From Rhina ancylostomus (Eukaryota), in contig JARFYF010000029.1 of NCBI GenBank assembly GCA_030265395.1, positions 13,980,943 to 14,044,942 on the forward strand: a stretch of 64,000 nt of DNA. Direction: 5' to 3'. Both the position numbers and the translations under genes were made by a program. Shown here one piece after another: positions 35,201-47,200 of the stretch (positions are counted from its first letter, which is position 1; every line of letters starts with the position of its first letter). Below the pieces are notes generated by a model. The model ran no database searches and was not told the DNA's origin. It was given only the letters and a program-made list of their open reading frames with translations.

Positions 35201-38200
35201 ACCAAAGAACCAACATAACCAAAATGGATGTAAATCGTCCTTGATATAGATGAAGAGGAAGAAGACTAATGCAAAGCTGTATATATTTACATTGCCAGTA
35301 CTTCATGATCTAGACTGCTACAGATAGTTTTCTTAGAACTAATGCTCTAATTATATCTAAAGGGCAGCAGAGCTATAGAGCATGGAAAACAAAATTATAC
35401 CTAAGCAGATGCTGATTATCCAGTTTGATATGAATGTAGTTTCGGAACTGTAACTACCTGGAATGAATCCTTTGTCCCTTTTTGGCGCAACATAAGAGAT
35501 TTCCATTTTGGATATTTAATTCTGTTTCAAAGATTCAAATTCTTCTTATAAAAAATGTTCAGAAATTGCGGTTGTGTTAATTTTAGTTTAGGTTTGGCAA
35601 TGTTTAACTTTTGTTTAATAAAGCAAGTTGAACTTTTCAGTCATGTTGCTGATAAATTTGGACTTTTCCATTTGTTGTAGAAAATGCATATTCCCATTTA
35701 TCAGCTCAACACCCTCCCCGTCCACAAGAAAACACGATCAAAGTAGAATGAGAATCATTTGGTACTTGAGGTAGTGCGCAGTAAACTATTCTCTAAATTA
35801 GGATTAATTTCCACATTAAGTGCCATCAAATATACCAACAAAATCCTACAAAATACAATTAAAGCATATCAACACAGCATTGTAAACAGACATTAACTGC
35901 AATCACTACATATACTAGAGGAGTCTGTTGGTTTTAGAAATGATGAATAGTGCAAAATTATCGAACCATATTCCATCAATAATTATTTTTCCATTCAGAA
36001 TATCTTTATTTCATCTATTAAACCCATTTAAACAATGTGCCCTGTATCTGCAAATTGCTGCTTCACTATTCATTCCATAGGGGTAAAAGGAAATGAGAAG
36101 GCCAGGAAGAAGCCTCTGTTTGAGATTGCTATTATAGGATTACTTAGAAAACCATTAATCAGTGCATGTGTCTCATCCTACTACCTTACTGCTTTCATTC
36201 CTGTCAAAATGACAGAAACGACATGTGGTGCCTGGTTACGCATCTCATGCTTGGCCCAGTTGTACCTCTTCCCCCTTGCAGCTGGGCTGGCACGCTACAT
36301 TGCTCAGTTGTGTGACAGTCTGTTAATGAAAACATGGCAGGGCTCTTGTGTGGAACAAAAAAGAGTAGAAGCAAAGGTAAGTCTGCAACTTCAGTTTATT
36401 TATTGGTTGTGATTCTGTGCCTGGAAGTGAAATAACAAATAAAAGAAAGACGTTATTGCTGTTAATGGGTAAAAGCACTCTGATTCTGGTGCATTTCTAC
36501 CTTTTGCACTATAGCTAAGGTTGAGACTTCATATTCATGTCATTAGATGCTATAGTTAGCAGCCACAGTTGTAATTTCTTGATAAAATTCCAGCTAAAGT
36601 TTTAAGTAAAACGAGCCTAATAAATTTCAATTATCAACATCACTGCTTTAATCATCTCGTATGTATTACATATTTGATCCCTGAAGTTGTGATTGAGTTT
36701 CAAAAAAATTAAGTGATAAGCTGGGCCATACCATTAAATCACAGATTTTTTAAAAAACTTTAAATCCATCAACATTGCATGTATTATTCTGATGCTTAAT
36801 GATATCCTGAGGGAAGAAGAGTCTACTCATAGAATTAAATCTCTAGGACTAGACAGGTTGTTCAGTAATAATAGCCTTTGTCCAATTTAACTATGAAAAC
36901 AGAAAAGGCTGTCAACACACAGCAGGTTCGGCAGCATCTGTGGAGAGAGGAATTGAGTTAACTTTTCATCAAAGTAAGAAACTGACAAGACAAGGATATT
37001 TGAAGTTGCAGAGGGGATGGGTGGAGAAAATAAAGGGAATGTATGTATTGGGGCAAAAACTGAGAGAAGCCAGGTGATAGAACTGCTGTTGGCACCATCT
37101 AAAGAAGAGTAGTGAAGTCTTGCTAATTATAGCTGGTCTTTTTCACTGAGCAGTAAATAAAGGGAGTTAAATAGAGACTGGAGAAAAAAAAACAATGTTG
37201 GAACTGTGCAATGCATTATTGCTTCACCTGAAAGGACTGTTTGGGTCCCTGAAATAAAAGAAAATGCTGGAAAATTCGGCGCGTCATGTGGCATCTCTGG
37301 AAAAAGAAAGGTAGGTTTCATTTTAGAGGTTGATGACCTTGCATCAGAGCTGGCCACTTCTGATCCAGCAGGAATTCTCTACCCTGGTGTTTTGTGGAAG
37401 TGAGGTCATTGGAGGTATTTGAGGAGGAGTTGGATACAGTTTTGAAAGATAGCTAAGTGAGGCCTATGTCGAGCTGGCACAGGAGAGGAGACAAGGCAGA
37501 TCGACCATGATGATGTAGAGTGCTGAGACAGGCTTGGAGTACTTCTGCTCCCACTTTGTTCTAATGAAAGAAACAAAATTCAGCCATTTTCTGTGTTCGG
37601 CATTTTTGTAGACTTTCTACTGACTTTAGCAATTCATTTCTTCAAATCATTGAGGGGGGAATATTTCATGGTGAGAAACTAGCTAAGGTGTGTGGTATGC
37701 CCTCACAGAAATATTTGCCTGCAAAGGTTTTATGGTCTATTTTTTGCACAAACACGAGAGTCATCAATGACTGTGAATTTCATAAAATAAGCCAGATACT
37801 ATAATGAATTTACAGGAGGCAAATAGATAATTAAACAAAATATCAGTTTGTAGTTAGAGCTAAAGTAATTGTAGGGCAATAGTGGGAGCTAAGTATTCTT
37901 TTGCACAATTATTTTTAAAATAACTCCTCATTAATACCTACTCTTTATAACTATTGTATTGTCTGAGTTAATTGACTGCTGGAAACATTTCATCTCAATG
38001 GACACTTTTTTACTTCCTCCTCTTTAGTGAGTGACCTACAAGAAGAAGGTAAAAATGCCATCAATGCTCCACTGTCTCCAACACCCACAGACATTCATCC
38101 AGAGGACACCATGCTAGGTATTTAAGAAAACATTTTCCTTAATCTTTTTATATTTTCACTGTTTACAATTAAAGTTCTTGAAGAAATTTCTTATGTCTGA

Positions 38201-41200
38201 TGGGCTTCAATAGCTTTCATCCTTATAATGCTAGTGTCATTTGCGTTAACATTTATGATAACTTAAAAGCTTAGGTTTCTTTCACATTGTTGCCTTCTCT
38301 TTGGCTCTGAGCATTAATCCATAATGAAAACTGTAACTACTGACTTACCATTTGTCTGACGAACACACCTGCCTCTTTTACTTGCTACTGCTTATTTATA
38401 TTCAACTGACTTCAATTATAGAGGAGAATGAAGAACGCACTATGATTGAGCCATATTCCAAGGAAGAACCAAAGTTTAAAGAACTAGTAAAGGTAAAGTA
38501 CCAGAATGAAATGTGATCTTCAATAAGTTACTATCAAACACTGCATTGTCTTGTTTTTACTTTATTATACAACCAATTCTGTAATGACTTGCAAAGCTAA
38601 AATACGTGACAAAATGTACAGCACTGCAAATTCTGTGAGGATTTTCTGTAATATGGCATGATGATTTCTCTTCACGTGACTGACTTCATCCATATGTTGT
38701 TACAAAAGGTTATCATTGTCATTTGATAGACTATCAGTTCTAATCATCAGTATCATCAGCTTATCCTGATCAATCATTAAATTTCTTGTTTATATTAGAA
38801 AATTGGTAATGAATGTAAACTACATCTGGAAAAGGCCATGTCACATCACATTGTTTAAATTTTTGAGTTTTGCAGATGCGGTTTAAGGAAGTTGTATACT
38901 TAAATTTTCAAATTATATACCTCTGTACAATTTGTGGATAGATCTTGGGCTGGGATTTTTTTTAGGCAGAGAGTAATTGATGGTTTTGGAGGCGTGAATT
39001 ATCAATGGGGATCGATCACTACGGGAGTCCAGTGAAATTGATTTTGTAATTGTTTTCTTCAGTCTTTACCAGTAATTTGAATGAAAGCATCAAGAAGTTT
39101 GCAGTTGTCATAAAATGGTGATGGAGCAATCAATCTTGATGAGAGTAAGAAACCACCATGGTGGAGTGTATGTGCAAGGCTTCAAAGTAATGTTTAAATG
39201 GGAGAGATGCATAGAAGTGAAACTGCACATAGTTACTGGTCCACAATCAGTAATTTGATGCTGTAATGAATGCCAACAAATATTAGGGTTTATTTCTAAG
39301 TTGATCCCATGTATGACAAAAATAATGACGTGGTCGTTCTTTTATCAAGAATGCTGTTGTTACCTTTGGTAACTTCACGGAAGTATGATTATAGTAATGC
39401 TAGGAAGAGCTCAAGGTAAGGCTGCCTAGCTGAGGCAGAGTTTAAAAGCCCTTAATTGTGACAGGCTGACAGTGTTTCTGTTTATTAACTTGTATGTTGT
39501 TTAATTTATGAAATAATTATTTAAACACTCTTTAGGTTCTAATCGACTGGATTAATGATGTCCTTGTTGAAGAAAGAATAATAGTGAAGTCACTTGAAGA
39601 AGATCTATATGATGGTCAGGTTCTGCAGAAATTGCTAGGTGAGAACAGTAACCTTAACACCTTAGTGCCTGAAGAGATGGGCATTAAATTAACTGAGCCT
39701 GTTGGTTTTTGGTCAGTTTACTTCTTGCTTATCATCTTGATCTTCCCTTTAAATGATTTTCTTTCCAGATAGGCAATAATTAGCTGTTTGACACTCCTGC
39801 ACAATATACATCATAGCCTATCTTTGTATATTGAAGATGCAACCTGAATTTCTATTTCTAAGCATGTGTTGTCGAGTTTTTCTAGCCTTTCACCACAGTA
39901 AACCGTATAACTGTTCAGGTTTTTACTGAAGATTTCCTGAGGTAATTGTCCAATTTCATAAGATCATAGCAACATAGCACCGATGAAGACCATTTAACCA
40001 GATATACCTGTGCTGGTTCATAAAGACTAATTATTCCTGGATCCATGTTTCTTCATTTTTCTGCAACTTTAAGTTCCTCCATATTGAAGTAGCTGCCAAC
40101 TCCTTTTTAAAACTTAGTTGTGAAAACCACCATTTCTTGAGAATAATTATTTCTCTGAGAAGGGAAGCAGTTTGCATCTGTGTCATTTGCCATTGATTTT
40201 ACATCCATTACCTATGTTATTAATCCGTGTTAGAGGGAATGGTTCTTCTCTACTCCATCTGAACTTCATGAAAAATACAAGATCACCTCTTGATCTTCAC
40301 CATTCCAAAGAAAACAGTCTTGCCTTTTCCTGAGATCTGAAATCCTTTGTCCTTGATCAACTCCTGGTAAATTTGGATCTTTGTATCCTTTCCAGGTTCC
40401 TGAAGTGTGATGACAAGAATTGTTTAACTGAAATGAATTGATTAACTTGTAAATGGATGAGGTGGACCAAAAGGGTTAGGACAATATGATTCTGTGATAA
40501 AATGTTAACCTTTGAAGACAGAATATAAGTATATATAAACCCAAGTAATCTTTGTGATTTGTTCATCATTTTATCATCTTGACCTGGGTAAGTGGATCAA
40601 CAGCTCTGGCTCAGCTGGACTTTTCAGATTTCAACACTTCTTAAGTGTACTGTCCTTCCATTTATATTTCTTTTCACCCCTATCCCCTCCTCCACAAAAC
40701 ACATGATACNNNNNNNNNNGACAGACTTCTCTTCACTGTACTATCATGCATCATCATCATTACAGCAATCTTCATTGGTGTCAATAGCATTGCCAAATTT
40801 TATGTTATTGGTAAATTTCATAATCTTGGTGTAATGAGTATTATACAAATTGTACAGATCTAAATGGGTAATGAAACACTGCCCTTGGTGAACATAAGTT
40901 TAAACCAATTCCCAATTTTAAAAATATCCATCCTCTATCACCTTTGGATACCATCCCTGAAACAGTTCTGAATCCACATCAATACTTTTCCCTTAACTCC
41001 ACAGACTTCAATTAATCTTTTTTGACATTTCCTCATTCTCTAAATACTGAATACCTGGTAGCATCTTTTCACTGTTTCAGATGGTGATCATAACTGCACT
41101 GTTCCAGTGGAATAAGGTCAAATGCAGCATTTTGACTTCTTTAATATTTTATAATTGCAAATACATGGATTACTTGACCATATTCTTGAAAGGTTTTTGA

Positions 41201-44200
41201 GGTGGCTACCCCCGATCCAAAACTTAAGGCACCATTTCTGAGTGATAGGTAAGAAATGGCTCTAAAACTTGGTTAAACGTTAATAACAGATCATTTCCAG
41301 AAGCCTTTAAGGGCTNNNNNNNNNNNNNNNNNNNNNNNNNNNNNNNNNNNNNNNNNNNNNNNNNNNNNNNNNNNNNNNNNNNNNNNNNNNNNNNNNNNNN
41401 NNNNNNNNNNNNNNNNNNNNNNNNNNNNNNNNNNNNNNNNNNNNNNNNNNNNNNNNNNNNNNNNNNNNNNNNNNNNNNNNNNNNNNNNNNNNNNNNNNNN
41501 NNNNNNNNNNNNNNNNNNNNNNNNNNNNNNNNNNNNNNNNNNNNNNNNNNNNNNNNNNNNNNNNNNNNNNNNNNNNNNNNNNNNNNNNNNNNNNNNNNNN
41601 NNNNNNNNNNNNNNNNNNNNNNNNNNNNNNNNNNNNNNNNNNNNNNNNNNNNNNNNNNNNNNNNNNNNNNNNNNNNNNNNNNNNNNNNNNNNNNNNNNNN
41701 NNNNNNNNNNNNNNNNNNNNNNNNNNNNNNNNNNNNNNNNNNNNNNNNNNNNNNNNNNNNNNNNNNNNNNNNNNNNNNNNNNNNNNNNNNNNNNNNNNNN
41801 NNNNNNNNNNNNNNNNNNNNNNNNNNNNNNNNNNNNNNNNNNNNNNNNNNNNNNNNNNNNNNNNNNNNNNNNNNNNNNNNNNNNNNNNNNNNNNNNNNNN
41901 NNNNNNNNNNNNNNNNNNNNNNNNNNNNNNNNNNNNNNNNNNNNNNNNNNNNNNNNNNNNNNNNNNNNNNNNNNNNNNNNNNNNNNNNNNNNNNNNNNNN
42001 NNNNNNNNNNNNNNNNNNNNNNNNNNNNNNNNNNNNNNNNNNNNNNNNNNNNNNNNNNNNNNNNNNNNNNNNNNNNNNNNNNNNNNNNNNNNNNNNNNNN
42101 NNNNNNNNNNNNNNNNNNNNNNNNNNNNNNNNNNNNNNNNNNNNNNNNNNNNNNNNNNNNNNNNNNNNNNNNNNNNNNNNNNNNNNNNNNNNNNNNNNNN
42201 NNNNNNNNNNNNNNNNNNNNNNNNNNNNNNNNNNNNNNNNNNNNNNNNNNNNNNNNNNNNNNNNNNNNNNNNNNNNNNNAATTTATTTTCGGGTATTCCG
42301 AAGCTTTACTTTTATTTCTTTCTTCATTTATGCAGAGAAACTTGCGAGTCGTAAACTGAATGTTGCTGAAGTGACACAGTCTGAAATAGGGCAGAAACAG
42401 AAACTGCAGACAGTGTTGGAATCTGTAAACAATCTACTTCGACCTCAAGGATGGGCAATCAAATGGAGTGTTGATTGTGAGTATTAAGTTGCTAAATTTG
42501 GCTTTGCTGTCTGTACACAACTTGTAAACTCTTGGTCACTGAGGTAGTTTTGGACTAGTGCAAATTTTACACTTTGGCTTGTTTGTTTTGTTTTAGGGTG
42601 GATGAACTTTGAGATTAAAATGGAATACTGTACATTTTATATTTCTTGCATATTGTAGCTTAAGTTGGATTTCAGTGAAAACAAAAGGGAAATTGTAAAT
42701 ATCATTTATGCTCACAAAGTACTGTCCCTTATAACAATTAGTGGTATTTTGATGTATTGAAATAAGCAGGAGGAACATTATTAAATGCAAAATTGACATT
42801 AGTTTTTCAAAGTCATTGTATAATTTGGCCATTAGCATTATAGTTACATCTTTGTAGTAAGTCAATTAGAAGTATTGTTCCATTTTAAGGAGAAACTTCT
42901 ATTTTTACTTTTACTGAGGTTTCCTGATGAATGTGTGTAAATATTTCATTTTAAGATGCTATATATGCTATGACTATATGCAGTTTAGAATGATCACAAT
43001 AAGGTATGTACTAATCAGAAGAAGTTTCAAAACATTATGGATATATAGATTATAGTCATGTTCACTCTCAGTTACTGTTGTCATTCTTCAAATCATAATG
43101 ATCCATTCCTTTGGTGTAGCAGGTGTGAACTTGCTGTGAGGCCTCTGCCAGTTTTGCTTCTTAGTTTACAGACTGACCAAACATCAGGAGATATCTGATC
43201 TACATGCACAATCTGTTTTCCTGTTTCTTAGTGGCAAGTTTCTGATCTCTGTTTAGCACAGCTTCCTGAGAATTGAAAATGATCTTTGTACGATTCTTAC
43301 AGAATGTGCTAGTGCATCTTTTAGCCTTGCCATACCATGTAGTTAATTTGTTGCAGAACATTAACTGTCCATTGTTTTAGGGTTTCAGCAAGTAACATTT
43401 GCATTTGCTTACACAAGGGATTGGTAGCGTTGACTTGAAGAAAATATTTCTATTTATAATGAAAGTCAGAACAAGGGACATATAAATAAGATGGTCAGCA
43501 ATAACTTCAAGAAGAAAATTTCTTTACCCTAAGAGTGATAGGAATGTAGAATGCCCTACCACAAGGAGCATTAAGTAGCTTCATAGGGTAGATTAATTAG
43601 AGTGGATTGGAGCAGCATTGGTAGCATACACAATTGAGCCAAGTGACCCATTTCTCTTCCATAACAATGTGGCACAGTTAAAATAATTGAGTGGGAGCTC
43701 TTGAAAATTGTAAGTTTGGTGATATTTTAATAAATTTATCTTTTTTTTTTAGCAATCCACACAAAAAAAACAGTGGCTATTCTTCACCTTCTTGTGGCTT
43801 TGGCAATGCATTTTCGAGCCCCTGTTAGATTGCCAGAACATGTCTCCGTTCAGTTGGTGGTTGTGCGGGTAAGTGAATCTTCAACTATGAGAAATTATTA
43901 GTTAAGTATAGATTCTATGTTATTTGGGTGCTTGATTTGACTTAGAAATTTTTAGTATCAAACAGTTGTGAAGAAAAGAGAAGAAACTGCTTCTCAAAAC
44001 CTTTTGAAAACAATGCTGGCTTCTTCACTCGGTATTTAAGGGATGAAAATTTTACGGCAACTTATGAGCATATAATAAGAAAAATAAGCATGCAAGTAGC
44101 TCTTTGAAAATTGTTCCCAAGGTAAAACTAAGGGAAGTGTGGTTAGCTTTATTCAGTGGAGACCTGAATTTTGCAACATCTGTTTGATTCCTGCCATGCA

Positions 44201-47200
44201 TCTCACTTGCATGAAAAACTGAAAGAATTTTGTGCCAACTTTCTAACCAGAAAGCTAAATGTACTTTGCTAACAGCCTTTTTGCTAAGGGGGAGCCTTGA
44301 AACTACCCCACCTAAATCAACTTACTAAATTCATATCACATCTACTATTGTATCCTCATTTCCACTCGCCTAGCTTTGATGCATCTTGGAAAAAGAAGTA
44401 AATATTTTATCGCCTAGTGTGTCTTTAATTCACCTTCACTGCTTCAGAGCTTTAGTTCTTTTTGCATCTATTTCATTATGATCTACTGCAGCCTTCCTTC
44501 CACCTTACACTTCCATTGATTTTTACAGTAATTCCCCCAGTTATTTTTCCCAGATCAGACCGTCAAAGGCTTCAGAGGGCGGGCAGACAATCACGCTGAA
44601 GCAGACCATTTTTATTTACAGTCTTCTGGTCAGGTAGTAAGCAATCTGATAACAATGAATGAGTTGGTTGTTCCTGTGGGAAATGTCGTTTAAGGAATTG
44701 GACTCTACTTAGCATTCAGGACTAGGAATGAAGCATTAGAAATTCCTTTAGATCAAANNNNNNNNNNNNNNNNNNNNNNNNNNNNNNNNNNNNNNNNNNN
44801 NNNNNNNNNNNNNNNNNNNNNNNNNNNNNNNNNATTTTTGTACTCTGTTAAACTCTAGTAAGTAGAAATTCAGGGAATGTTTACATGTTTAATACAAATG
44901 GCTCTCAAATAGAGGGTTAATAGAAACTGATAAATGGTTTTTGAAAACGTAGGTAATATAAAAGTTAGTCTCTCTCCTCTCTCTTTTTCTCTCTCCCCTT
45001 ATTTTCCTGTCCTTGCCCTTTCCCGCGCTCTCTTTAGTACACTCTCCTCACACACTTTCTCTCTTGTGTGTTGTCTCTCACATTTTGTACCATTCTCCCC
45101 CTCACCTTTGCTCATTTTCTCTATTGCTTTCTTGCTCACTTGAGCTCTGAGTTGATAAAGATATCATTAATAATTTCAATGAACAGCCAACCAAAGATCT
45201 CGGTGTAGGTGTGTCATCACCATACTTGTATCCTGGAGCCAAAGGCTTCAAAATTTTTGGAGAGTGTGGGGGGAAAAAAGAATCAAACCAAATAAGCAGT
45301 GGTGAATTTGACATGCCAACAAGTTCAAGTTAAGATGAACGGGACAACAGAAACTGAGTATCAGTACTATTTACGGACCAATTCCATCATCTGTTCTCAC
45401 TTTGCACGTTTTACAGGATTTTACCCCCACAAAGCCACTCACTAATGTAAATGGGAATGGTTTGGTGAAAAAAGAAGCAAGCTGATTGTTCAAAGTTTTA
45501 TGAAGGGCTAATATATCTGAGGCATTTTTAAATATCCAAAGTTGAGCTTCATGAAAGTAAGCGTGGAGAACTGGCAGAAATGCTCTTAGTAGATTCATCT
45601 TATCAAGATTTGAGTTAGTTGGCTAACATCGTATCAGGATAAGGTTAGAACATTAGTTCCCAGAATAGGATAGTAATTCCTGGGTTTATTTATACTGTAG
45701 CGACTTACCTTTCACGAACCGGCTCCCACAATCGCAAGCGTCGTCGGAGGCCTCGATACAAGATGGCTCGGGGCACTCCTCCTTCATTGGGCTAGGGGAG
45801 CCCACGTGTGGGAAGGTCATGTGACCCGCGCGCGAAGTCAGCACGGGAACTGTGATTATTAAGGGGGCAGCACACCCTGGTCGTTCATTCAACTCTTTGA
45901 CTTCAAGCAAATGTCTTGTGTCTTTATTCAGCGCAGCTAGCCGCTACAATACAAAGTCCTCTGGCAGGGGTTAATTCCAATCAGTGGCTCCCACTTCTTT
46001 TTCTGCAATTTCTTTATTCTAAATTTTTAGCTGTTTGTCAGCATGCAGTTCTCACCGGTATTTTGCTTCATATCATCAAGCAAATCAAACTTGTTAGGTT
46101 AAATGTGGCTTTTCCCAATATTCCCTGCAGAAGTTTTCTTACTTAATTTCAGAAAGTGGTAGTTGCTGCTGAGGCAGTCATTTATTGCCTATCATTTTAC
46201 TGTTTCTGAGAAGTTGGAGAAGAGCTGATGNNNNNNNNNNNNNNNNNNNNNNNNNNNNNNNNNNNNNNNNNNNNNNNNNNNNNNNNNNNNNNNNNNNNNN
46301 NNNNNNNNNNNNNNNNNNNNNNNNNNNNNNGAGAAGAGCTGATGACTTGAGCCACTGCAATTCTTTTGGTAAAGATGTTCCCACAATGTTTCCAGAATTT
46401 GGAGACAATGACGGCAGGATGATGTGATTTAAGGGGTCCTATAGGTGGAAGCATTCATAGGAACTTGTTGCCTGTGTTCTCTTTGATGGAGATGTTCATG
46501 GGTTTTGGAGGTACTGTTTGGGAGAGCTGTAGTGAGTTACCGCAGTACCATTTTATAGATGTTACAAACTGTGATCATGATATGCTGATGGTAGTGAGAA
46601 TGAACATTTAGTTGTTGGATAATGACCAAGAATAGGTTCTTTGGCTTGATTTTCTCCTGCCCTTGCCTTCAAACCTAGTATGCTAAGGCTAATGGTAGTT
46701 CTCCTAATCCCTCACCCAGTCCCTTGGCTGTGATTATCCAATTTAGTATGGACTGAATTTGATAATTCATTTGTTAGCACACCTGAAAGATCTCTTAGTT
46801 AGAGGGGAAACTGGAGACGTGTAGCACCACTCAATATTTTTAATTTACATTGGAAAATATCTTTTCACCATTTGTAGTGATGTTGTTTAATTGTGTTGTC
46901 CTCTTACGTAAAATTAAAACCCAAGCCAAACCCAACTGACAACAGTCAACTCCAACCTGACCCAAGCCTAAGGACTCAATAGTTTTGATGTACTTGACCT
47001 GATCTAAACTTGACACATATAGTTGGGTCCTTTCTGGCTTGGGTTAGGTACTCTGGCTCTAAACTGAAACTACATTGAGAAATAGAACTTTTTTTTTGTG
47101 CTATCTGCTCCCTCCTGGATACTTGCAGATGGTCAGCCCTATCACAGCCCATAGTACTGACACTTCATACATTTATTTATAACGAACTAGTCTTTTCTGA

